Shown in pieces: positions 1 to 8,492 of a stretch of 64,000 nucleotides of DNA. The stretch's first letter is position 1. The number at the start of each line of letters is the position of its first letter. The stretch lies in contig JBBSXB010000005.1 in NCBI GenBank assembly GCA_038046005.1, forward strand, positions 1 through 64,000. Direction: 5' to 3'. A model generated the notes under the pieces. That model ran no database searches and was not told the origin of the DNA. It saw nothing but the letters and a program-made list of their open reading frames with translations. Origin of the DNA: Nanobdellota archaeon (GTDB taxonomy: Archaea > Nanobdellota > Nanobdellia > Pacearchaeales > GW2011-AR1). The translations under genes were made by a program, and so were the position numbers.

Positions 1-12
1 CTACCAACCAAA

Positions 13-951
13 ATGAAATCCAAAGATATAATTCAGCAGAAGTATAAAAATGTAATCTGTCCTAAATGTAATTCTAATCAGATTAAAAAAGATGGTAAAA
101 GAAAAACACAGAACAGAGGGAAGATACAGAGGTATAGATGTAACGAATGTAACTTCAGATTTGTTATTGATGATGGTTTTTATAGAATGAGGAATAACGA
201 GAACAAAATTACTGCCGGAATTGACTTATACTACAAAGGCGTTTCATTAAGAAAAGTGCAAGAACATTTCCAAGCTTTTTATCCTCACAATTCAAGCCAT
301 ATGTCAATTTACAGATGGATTGTAAAATATGCTGAAATGGTAGGAAACTTAGTTGATAATATTCCAATAAAATGTGGGAAAGAAATGCAAAGTGATGAAA
401 TGGAATATTACAGAAGAAAAAGTAAATATCAAAAAGGTAAAGAACAGAACTGGTTTGTGGATACTTTTGATGTTGAAACTAAATTTATGGTTACTGGTGA
501 GTATATGAAAAGCAGAACTAATGATAACTTAATCAAAGTTATGAAAAGAGCAAAATTCAAAACAGGAGAACAAGTTGAAATTGTAACAACAGACGGATTA
601 AGAGGTTATCCGAGAGTGTTAAGAAAAACTTTTAGCTTACAATCTCCTTATCATGCTTCTTCAAGAACCAAGAGCAAGATAGTACATAATGTTGTAATAG
701 CAGATGAAAGAGGATTTAATTATCCAATAGAAAGATTACATAATACTATAAGAGAAAGGACAAAAACCATGAGAGGTTTTCATGGTTGCATAGAGTCTGC
801 TCGTGCAATAATGAAGGGATTAGAGATAAATTATAACTTCAACAGAAAGCATATGTCTTTAGGAAAAATGACCCCAGCAGAAGTTGCTATACCCCAATTA
901 GAATTGGGAGTTAATAAGTGGTTGGATCTGATTAAGATGTCAAAGTTATGA
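13..951 (+). mobile_element. IS6/IS240-like DDE transposase with N-terminal Zn ribbon
   Basis: CPKC...CNEC Zn ribbon, HTH-like region (SLRKVQ...SIYRW), DDE residues in QSDEM / TTDG / NYPIERLH, C-terminal TPAE motif. Confidence 0.8.
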
Positions 952-1581
952 TTCTCTATCCCTAATATGTAATAAATTATATATATTTTTGATTGATTTA
1001 ACTTTAGCCTTTTTTATTGGCTTTCCAATTAAGACTGCTTTATATCCCTTATTTAATGCAGGAATTATATCGACTTCTAAATTATTACCTACAATAAGAA
1101 TTTGTCCTCTTTTCAGTCTATTCTGTTTTCTTATGTGTTCATAAACAAATAACTTAGATGTTTTCGGAAGAAAATCTATTGAATAATATGTTCTTTTAAT
1201 TAACTTGTGGATTCCTAATGTTTTTTGTAGAGCCTTTGAGTATTTCTTTGAAGAAAATGTAACTATAAATTTTTCTCTTTTAAGTTCCTTAATGGTGGAG
1301 ATAAGTTTTTTGTCTTTAGAAAGATATTTCTGAGGTTTTATAGTATCAAAAACATTTTTATGATAATCTTTTATAGATAAACCTAAAGATAGAAAACCTT
1401 CTAACGCATTAGGATATTTTTTTGGAAGTTTCCTATAGAGTTTTTCTACTTCTTTTTTATTCAATGAAAGTCTCTTCATTATCCATTTTTTTGTTTTCTT
1501 TCTTAAAGCATTTGTGAGTACACTTTCCTCTGGATAAAAAGTGCCGTCTTGATCAAATATAAAACATTTAATTTTGTTCAT
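946..1581 (-). CDS. HAD-superfamily hydrolase (nucleotidase-like)
   Basis: Motif I FDQDGT; degenerate motif IV GNNLEVDI. Confidence 0.8.
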   Translation of the reverse strand: MNKIKCFIFDQDGTFYPEESVLTNALRKKTKKWIMKRLSLNKKEVEKLYRKLPKKYPNALEGFLSLGLSIKDYHKNVFDTIKPQKYLSKDKKLISTIKELKREKFIVTFSSKKYSKALQKTLGIHKLIKRTYYSIDFLPKTSKLFVYEHIRKQNRLKRGQILIVGNNLEVDIIPALNKGYKAVLIGKPIKKAKVKSIKNIYNLLHIRDRES

Positions 1582-2576
1582 GGTTCAAAAACTAGTTTTA
1601 TAACTCCAGATTCTTTTTTATTTTTTATCAAATTTAATCCTTCTTTAAATTTTTTTAAAGGAACTACATGAGTTATAATTTTTGAAAGTCTTGTTTTTAA
1701 TCTTTCCAACAAGTTTATTGCCATATCAAATTCATCTTTCCCATTAAAAAAACCGTAAGAATTTGAACCAATAATTTTCCCTTCTTTATAAAAAAAATCC
1801 CTTAAAGGAATTTTGCCAAGAAAATTCTTTTCAAATACCCCAAGAACAATTATTTTGCCCCTTGGTTTTATTAACCTTATAGATTGTTGTAATGTTTTAT
1901 CTTGTTTTCTTCCAACAACTTCAAAGATAATATCATAATATTTTTTTGATTTTTCAATATCTTCATTTTTTAGGGTATTAATCCCAAAATCTGAGGCTAA
2001 TTTTAAATTTCTGTTGTTTTTTCCAATAATCGACACTTCATTTTTAAATTCAAGACAAATAAGACCTGTAATTAATGCAAGAGACCCGTCTCCAATTACT
2101 AACACATTCTTTTTAGTGGGAGATTCTGAAAGATTGTATCCATGTAGTGCTACTGCGATACTATCTGTTAATATAGCTTCTTCAAATTTTATAATCTTAG
2201 GAATTTTTCTTAAATTCTTACTAGGAACAAAAACAAATTCTGAAAATCCTCCTTGATAATTTTTACCTATTGATTTAACTTTGGTAATATCATCACCCCA
2301 TTTATTTCTAATTAATGGATTTATGACTACTCTATCATTTTTTTTAAAATCTCCAACACTTTCCCCCACTTCATGAACTATTCCAGCAATTTCATGACCC
2401 CAGATATCTGTTTCTACCGAACTTAATGCTTTTTTATCAGAAAATATTTTTTGGATATCGCTTCCACAAAGACCTGTTGCCTTTACTTTTATTTTCACGA
2501 AACCTTTCTTTATCTTAGGTTCTTTAACTTCTTGGTAATCTATTCTGCCTCTTTTTGAAATAGTAATAGCTTTCAT
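1578..2576 (-). CDS. Zn-dependent medium-chain dehydrogenase (threonine/sorbitol dehydrogenase-like)
   Basis: GLCGSD, GHE and Rossmann IGDGSLA motifs; the structural-Zn Cys cluster is absent. Confidence 0.85.
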   Translation of the reverse strand: MKAITISKRGRIDYQEVKEPKIKKGFVKIKVKATGLCGSDIQKIFSDKKALSSVETDIWGHEIAGIVHEVGESVGDFKKNDRVVINPLIRNKWGDDITKVKSIGKNYQGGFSEFVFVPSKNLRKIPKIIKFEEAILTDSIAVALHGYNLSESPTKKNVLVIGDGSLALITGLICLEFKNEVSIIGKNNRNLKLASDFGINTLKNEDIEKSKKYYDIIFEVVGRKQDKTLQQSIRLIKPRGKIIVLGVFEKNFLGKIPLRDFFYKEGKIIGSNSYGFFNGKDEFDMAINLLERLKTRLSKIITHVVPLKKFKEGLNLIKNKKESGVIKLVFEP

Positions 2577-2577
2577 T

Positions 2578-3690
2578 TCACAAATACCTCTTTATTTTCT
2601 TCTCATCTCCATTTGTTTCTTTGATTACTTCTAGCAATTTTTTAAATGGAATCCCTTTTTTAATGACCTTTTTAGAAATCATATACCCTTCCTTAAGATT
2701 TTTTGCTTTTTTAGCTAAATAAAGAATTGTTCCAGCATTGATGCAAATTACATCTTCTCTAGCTTTTTCTCCTTTGCCCCTTAAAACATCTATGGATAGC
2801 TTGATATTCTCTTTTTTATTTTTTCCCTCAGAAATATCTTTAGGTTTATACATGGGCAATTTCAATTCAATTAATGGGTTAAATGTTTTGGTATATCCTA
2901 TCTTACCATTTTGTATTCCTTTTATTTTAGTTATTCCATAAACACCCATTTCATCAATGTAATGGATCTTATCATTAGTTGTAGAAGCCACCATTACATT
3001 GTTAATTCCAAATTTTTTTAAAACTTTTACAGAAAGGTCTATATTGGGAAGAGCTAACCCATATAAGAAGTTGTCATACTTGATTGGACTTGCTAATGCA
3101 GCCAGACCAAAACTTAAGGCATGTGGAACATAAAATCTTTTCGCATAAATTGAGTTAAATCTGGGTAAGAGGCTTTCTATTGTAAATACTCCAAATCTTG
3201 TTTTTGTTATTATTTTTTCCATTTTTTTAACTGAAAGATTAAAATTTACTCCAACCTCTCGCAGAAAGTCTGCAGAGCCAGTTAGAGAACTTGTAGAAAT
3301 AGAGGCCACTTTTGCTGTAAATGCACCAGCACTCGCAGCAGTTAAAAGTGCAGGTGTAGAAATATTCATGGTTTTTACTCCTTTTTTTCCACTACCTATT
3401 GCACCTACCAACATTTCCCCTTTGGGAATTTTTATTTTGTATCTTTTTTTAGGATTAAATTTATCCAATTTAAAAACAGATTTTAATAGTGTTACAATCT
3501 CGTCTGTTGTTGGTCCTCTTGCCATTATCCCAGTTAAGATTGCCCCAAGTTGGATATCTCTTATGGATTGTTTAGAATTAGATAAGACAGAATCAAAAGC
3601 ATTTTCTAGAAGCTTAAGATCTATTTTGGATTGAACATTGAGTCTATACAAAACTTCACTAACCGCATTGTTTTTATCTATTCTTTCCAT
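2578..3690 (-). CDS. Divergent anthranilate phosphoribosyltransferase (TrpD)-like protein
   Basis: N-terminal helical domain (IQLGAILTG), NIST, SSLTGSAD, DE and INAG motifs; GTGGD is replaced by GSGKK and KHGN by KVAS. Confidence 0.8.
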   Translation of the reverse strand: MERIDKNNAVSEVLYRLNVQSKIDLKLLENAFDSVLSNSKQSIRDIQLGAILTGIMARGPTTDEIVTLLKSVFKLDKFNPKKRYKIKIPKGEMLVGAIGSGKKGVKTMNISTPALLTAASAGAFTAKVASISTSSLTGSADFLREVGVNFNLSVKKMEKIITKTRFGVFTIESLLPRFNSIYAKRFYVPHALSFGLAALASPIKYDNFLYGLALPNIDLSVKVLKKFGINNVMVASTTNDKIHYIDEMGVYGITKIKGIQNGKIGYTKTFNPLIELKLPMYKPKDISEGKNKKENIKLSIDVLRGKGEKAREDVICINAGTILYLAKKAKNLKEGYMISKKVIKKGIPFKKLLEVIKETNGDEKKIKRYL

Positions 3691-4748
3691 TTTGAGCAGA
3701 TTTTTATTAGAATATTAGCATAATCCCTCTTTGCTTCTTTCCAGTCTGAGCCTCCCTTTAAACATAAGTGATATAATTTCTTAATCTCTTCTGGAGTGTA
3801 ATAACTTACAGAAGCCATCATTTGATAAACAACATTATTCTCTGGTTTATTATATTTTCCTTCACCATTAATTATTTTATCCCTTATTTCTTCTGGTTTC
3901 ATATTGACATTAATACTTGATTTTGGGAAACTTTTTGACATCTTTGGATAATTATAAAATCCCTTTATCATTGGTGAGTAAATCGCAGAAAGAGTCATAT
4001 TAAAATTATTAAATTGTTTACTCTTTTTCATTCTTCTTATTGTTTCTCTTCCAAATCTGATATATTGATGTTCATCTATACCAAGCATGACTAGGACATT
4101 TTTATATTTTTTAGCCATATGAAGATGGATGAAATCTGCAACCATCAGATTTAAAGATAATTTTCTTCGGTAACTCATTCCTTTATCCACTTTGCCTCTT
4201 TTATGGTAAAAAGAATGAAGATCTTCTTCAGCATCATCAAACATTTTATCATCCATGAAGTGCCCCGTAATATAAGCGGTTCGTAAAATATCTAATTTAT
4301 CATATTGTGCCCTGAGTATAGAATCTTTTCTCTTATTAAACCCAAGAGATAATATGAGTTTTTCATATTTTTTTGCTAATTCTAATGTTCTTTTCAAATC
4401 TATATTTTTACCATTATAAGCATCTAAATCTCCCAATACTATTTGAACAGGGACGCCTGCTTTTTGTAATGCTATTGATCTCAAAATTTGTGAAAGAGTC
4501 CCTATATGTGGTTCTCCTGATAGTCCAAATCCTGTACTTACAATTACTTTTCTACCTTTTCTTAAATCTTTAGCAAAGTTTTTTCCATCGTGATGGCACA
4601 ACCACATTCTCTGAAGATCATATTTCTTTAGCTTCCCTAACGAAAAATTAATTTTTTCAAATTCTAAAGGATTATAACCAAATTCCTTCATAAGAGAATT
4701 ATAATATTTTTTATCAAAAACTACTCTTATTTCCCTCTTTTTTGCCAT
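3678..4748 (-). CDS. Divergent archaeal-type tryptophanyl-tRNA synthetase-like protein
   Basis: HIGT (HIGH-like), LGIDE (GxDQ-like), KMSKS; N-terminal LMKEFG resembles archaeal TrpRS. Confidence 0.7.
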   Translation of the reverse strand: MAKKREIRVVFDKKYYNSLMKEFGYNPLEFEKINFSLGKLKKYDLQRMWLCHHDGKNFAKDLRKGRKVIVSTGFGLSGEPHIGTLSQILRSIALQKAGVPVQIVLGDLDAYNGKNIDLKRTLELAKKYEKLILSLGFNKRKDSILRAQYDKLDILRTAYITGHFMDDKMFDDAEEDLHSFYHKRGKVDKGMSYRRKLSLNLMVADFIHLHMAKKYKNVLVMLGIDEHQYIRFGRETIRRMKKSKQFNNFNMTLSAIYSPMIKGFYNYPKMSKSFPKSSINVNMKPEEIRDKIINGEGKYNKPENNVVYQMMASVSYYTPEEIKKLYHLCLKGGSDWKEAKRDYANILIKICSKWKE

Positions 4749-4750
4749 TT

Positions 4751-5764
4751 TTACCCATAAGCGTTTTTATAAAGATTTAACAATTCTTTATCGTCTCTAA
4801 ATCTTTTTAATAAAAGATTTAATTCTTTAGCTACCGCATTCTTTAAATCCAACGGATGTAGTTTTTTGGATTTGAAGTCTTTTTCAATTTCTTCATAACT
4901 TCTATACTCAATATCCCCTCCAAACTTCTCAGGTCTTTCAACTGTGAAACTTCTTTTTGCATCTTCTTTCAGTATCATAATTAAATATTTTAAAAGAGAC
5001 ATTATTCCGTTATTAGGATCTCCTTCTATACAATCAGCCCCGTTTATCTTTTTCTTGAGATCATTTTCATTATCGAGTAAATCAATTTTTGTTGCCTCGA
5101 TACTAGAACTCATTTTTTCACCGACCAACCCCCTAATCATTGGAGACATTAATTCTATTCTTGGTTTATATCCAATCTTTGGAAGATATTCTCTGGAATA
5201 AACCATTATCTTTCTTTGGTCTAATCCGGCATATTGAATATCTACTTTAAGATATTCTTCATCTAATGCTTGCATTATAGGATAGACAAGATTTCCTAAA
5301 AGAGGATTATCTGTCATTTTAACTACTTCAGATGCTGCTTTATTGCAATTTCTAATGGTAGAAACCATACCTAATTTCAATACATCTTCGAAATATTTTC
5401 CATTTAATTGTAGATCGCTTCCCTTAACAAATTCCAGTTTTTTTATGTCTACTCCAATTGTTTTTAAGATAAGAACTATTGCTCTTTTATAATACTCTGT
5501 CCTTTTCTCCAATAATTCCCATGGAACTCCATCTAAAGCAGCATGTAAATCTGCTAATAGAATTTTAACTTTTAATCCGGCTTTTAAAAAATCAGCTATC
5601 TTTAACATAGGGAAAAAATATGCTATTGATATGCTCCCTGTCGGCATAGTCCCCCAATAAACAGAGATTTCTTTTTTCTTCTTTAACAATTCTTCTATGT
5701 CCTCTTTTGTGATTACCTCTTGCAAATTCCTCATTATTAAGCTGATTCTTTCTTTTAATTCCAT
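4751..5764 (-). CDS. tyrS: Tyrosyl-tRNA synthetase, archaeal/eukaryote type
   Basis: YWGT.PTG, KIADFLKAG, ADLHA, YPIMQALDEEYL, GLDQRKI, KMSSS, LHPLDLK; the HIGH motif reads SIAY. Confidence 0.88.
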   Translation of the reverse strand: MELKERISLIMRNLQEVITKEDIEELLKKKKEISVYWGTMPTGSISIAYFFPMLKIADFLKAGLKVKILLADLHAALDGVPWELLEKRTEYYKRAIVLILKTIGVDIKKLEFVKGSDLQLNGKYFEDVLKLGMVSTIRNCNKAASEVVKMTDNPLLGNLVYPIMQALDEEYLKVDIQYAGLDQRKIMVYSREYLPKIGYKPRIELMSPMIRGLVGEKMSSSIEATKIDLLDNENDLKKKINGADCIEGDPNNGIMSLLKYLIMILKEDAKRSFTVERPEKFGGDIEYRSYEEIEKDFKSKKLHPLDLKNAVAKELNLLLKRFRDDKELLNLYKNAYG

Positions 5765-5810
5765 CTTAATTTATTTAGATAAAACTTATTTATAAAGCTG
5801 TTTATTAGAC

Positions 5811-7022
5811 CTACTCTTTTTCATATTTTAGTTTTCTAAAATATCTTTTTCCAATTTGAACAACTTGGCCATCTTGAGGAGAAACCACATAGTTCATATC
5901 ATTGATAGTCTCGCCATCAAGTCTCACCCCACCTTGCTCTATAAGTCTTCTAGCCTCACTATTAGAATTTATCCTTCCCATTTGTCTAAGAACTTTCACA
6001 ATTGACAACTCTTCCTCACTTGTTGAATATTTTATAACTTGTTCTTCTAATTTCTCTGGAACATTCTTTCTTCTATGCACATAGTTGAATCTTTCTTCAG
6101 CAGATAGTGCAAGATTTTGCTCATGATATCTAGAAACAATTTCCCTTGCTAATCTTTGTTTGTATTCCATAGGATTCACACTTCCAGAAGAAATGGCTTC
6201 TCTAATCTTTTGAAATTCTTCTAAAGAAGTTTCAGATAGTAACTCATAATATTTTAACATCAGATCATCAGAAATAGACATTATCTTTCCATACATATCA
6301 TTCGGGTCATCGTTTACACCTATAGCATTTCCAAAACTTTTACTCATCTTCTTCACACCATCTACTCCCTCAAGTAAAGGAAGCGTTATAATTATTTCTG
6401 GTTCTTGCCCATATGCTTTTTGGATCTCTCTGCTTGCCATAAAATTAAATAATTGGTCTGTTCCTCCGATTTCTACATCACTTTTAAGGTGTACAGAGTC
6501 ATAGCCAACGAGAAGAGGATACAACAATTCGGTAACAGAAAGAGGTCTATTTTGTTTTATTCTCTCTCCAAAATCTCTTCTTTGCAAAAGCTGTTGAACT
6601 GTATATTTTGAACCTAGTTTAATTACATCTGTTCCAGAAAATTCCTCTAACCACTGGCTATTATATACCAAAGAAGTTTTATTAGAATCCAAAACTTTGA
6701 AGACTTGTTTTTGATAGGTTTCCATATTATCCTCTATTTCTTCTCGAGTTAATGTAGGTCTTGTTTCATTTCTTCCACTGGGATCACCTATCATTGCAGT
6801 ATAGTCCCCGATTATTAATTGTACATTATGTCCTAAATCCTGAAATTGTTTTAATTTTTGTAAAGGTACAGTATGGCCTAGATGAATATCTGGAGCTGTG
6901 GGATCCACTCCAAATTTAACATTAAGAGGCCTATTTTGTTTTAGTTTTCTAACTAATTCTTCTTCTGTGAGGATATCTACTGTTCCTCTTCTGAATTCAT
7001 TTAATTGGTCTTCAAGAGTCAT
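5811..7022 (-). CDS. tyrS: Tyrosyl-tRNA synthetase, bacterial type
   Basis: GVDPTAPDIHLGH, IGDPSGR, GGTDQLFN, KMSKS and a C-terminal S4 domain (SEARRLIEQGGV...GKR). Confidence 0.95.
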   Translation of the reverse strand: MTLEDQLNEFRRGTVDILTEEELVRKLKQNRPLNVKFGVDPTAPDIHLGHTVPLQKLKQFQDLGHNVQLIIGDYTAMIGDPSGRNETRPTLTREEIEDNMETYQKQVFKVLDSNKTSLVYNSQWLEEFSGTDVIKLGSKYTVQQLLQRRDFGERIKQNRPLSVTELLYPLLVGYDSVHLKSDVEIGGTDQLFNFMASREIQKAYGQEPEIIITLPLLEGVDGVKKMSKSFGNAIGVNDDPNDMYGKIMSISDDLMLKYYELLSETSLEEFQKIREAISSGSVNPMEYKQRLAREIVSRYHEQNLALSAEERFNYVHRRKNVPEKLEEQVIKYSTSEEELSIVKVLRQMGRINSNSEARRLIEQGGVRLDGETINDMNYVVSPQDGQVVQIGKRYFRKLKYEKE

Positions 7023-7243
7023 TGTGATGTTAATTATTTTTTTCTTAATATATTTTGAGGTAAGAACGGACTTTTAAAACTTTCTATTTTTCATCACTAT
7101 AAAGTTATTATAGTCTTTAGACTAGGAGATTATAACTCCCGTTAACGTTACAATGTACTGTTTGAGGAGAAATGAAAATTGGCTAGCTGTCGCCCAAGAT
7201 TGATAATTATTTTAATGTGAAAATTTTAGGTTGTGTTAAAAAA

Positions 7244-7591
7244 TTAAAGGTCCAAGCTTGTTTTGATTGCCATCTCAACTTTATTCATTAAGTCTATGTT
7301 CAGAAAGCTAATTTTTTTTATTAGTCTTGTTCTATCAATAGTTCTTAATTGGTTTAAGAGTATTGTGGAATCTTTTTCTAACTTTGAATCTTTTTTTTGG
7401 ACAAACACATTTGTAAGATATTCTTTATCAAAAACCTTTGAGGTGAGAGCAGCAATTATTGTTACGGGTGAGTTTTTATTAGAAATATCATTTTGAATTA
7501 TTAAGACTGGTCGAATTCCTCCTTGCTCACTTCCTATTACTGGCTCTAGATTTGCCAGAAAAATGTCTCCTCTTTTTATTTCCATTCCCAA
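7244..7591 (-). CDS. mazF: MazF/PemK family toxin
   Basis: RGDIFLANLEPVIGSEQGGIRPVLIIQND and QLRTIDRTRL. Confidence 0.92.
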   Translation of the reverse strand: MGMEIKRGDIFLANLEPVIGSEQGGIRPVLIIQNDISNKNSPVTIIAALTSKVFDKEYLTNVFVQKKDSKLEKDSTILLNQLRTIDRTRLIKKISFLNIDLMNKVEMAIKTSLDL

Positions 7592-7809
7592 TCTCTAAAG
7601 TCTTCTATTGCTTCAAATTCTTTAGTTATTTTTAAATTTTCTTCTGCCATAGCTTTGCATCCTTCAATCATTAGCTCAATATGCTTTCTTTTTTGTTCTT
7701 CGACAGTTCTCATTAGAGATAGTATAACTTCTTCATATGTTTCTTTTCCAACTTTCATTCTGTCCAATGCTTTTTTTACATTCTCATTAAGTTGTATTGT
7801 TGTTACCAT
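7576..7809 (-). CDS. Putative antitoxin (RHH-like) for MazF
   Basis: Small ORF overlapping the toxin start; TTIQL...ETYEEVI RHH-like N-terminus and acidic tail. Confidence 0.75.
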   Translation of the reverse strand: MVTTIQLNENVKKALDRMKVGKETYEEVILSLMRTVEEQKRKHIELMIEGCKAMAEENLKITKEFEAIEDFRDWEWK

Positions 7810-7997
7810 AAGACTATAGAACTACTATAGTTTATAAATTTTGCTGTTGAAAAGAAATGAAGTTTAGCTTGTCGATTGATTCGTTTCATGTCAGACTTCG
7901 TCAAGATATATTTTGTAAGATGATTTATTATAATATTTATTTTTTTAATTAAATCCTTAAATTTTTTACATTAAAATTATCTTTATACAAAAATTAT

Positions 7998-8252
7998 TTA
8001 ATCTCTATATTTATGATCAAAAACAATCTTTTCAGGATATAGTTCTTCTTTTTCTTGGCTATATGAAAAAATTACTCTATGTTTGCCTAATCTTAATCTA
8101 CAGCTTCCAGCTAAATCATAATGTAAATGTTTGTATCTTAAAGGATTTTGTGAAACTTCATCTATTTTCTTTTTGATTCTTTTTTGTGAGAATTCATCTA
8201 ATTTTTTGAAATCTTTTTCAAACTCTTTTGTAGGAAGAATTTTATAGGGCAT
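7998..8252 (-). CDS. RelE/ParE family toxin
   Basis: FEKDFKKLD...RLRLGKHRVIF; likely start MPYK at 8252. Confidence 0.85.
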   Translation of the reverse strand: MPYKILPTKEFEKDFKKLDEFSQKRIKKKIDEVSQNPLRYKHLHYDLAGSCRLRLGKHRVIFSYSQEKEELYPEKIVFDHKYRD

Positions 8253-8418
8253 TCCAATCAGCAAAATCCCTCTCTTTCACCTGTTTTTTTGATTTTTTGT
8301 AAGAGTTCATAAATTCTTTATTGCTCATCAATTCTATGGATTCTATTACAGAATTGAATTCTTCTTTAATTCTTAATAAATCTTCTATTGCCTTTTTATT
8401 TATTGATATTTCTTCCAT
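8242..8418 (-). CDS. Putative antitoxin of RelE (58 aa, not in ORF track)
   Basis: Manual translation MEEISINKKAIEDLLRIKEEFNSVIESIELMSNKEFMNSYKKSKKQVKERDFADWNAL; overlaps the toxin start; TATA-like box upstream. Confidence 0.75.
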   Translation of the reverse strand: MEEISINKKAIEDLLRIKEEFNSVIESIELMSNKEFMNSYKKSKKQVKERDFADWNAL

Positions 8419-8492
8419 TTTTAGAATAGGTGTGGTATCTATATAAATTTTCCTGTCATGGAAAACAGTGTTGGATTTTGAGGAAATAAAAA

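Noticed and set aside
2578-3690. Tryptophan biosynthesis operon
   Set aside because: No trpE/G/F/C/A/B genes are present nearby, and key TrpD motifs are altered.
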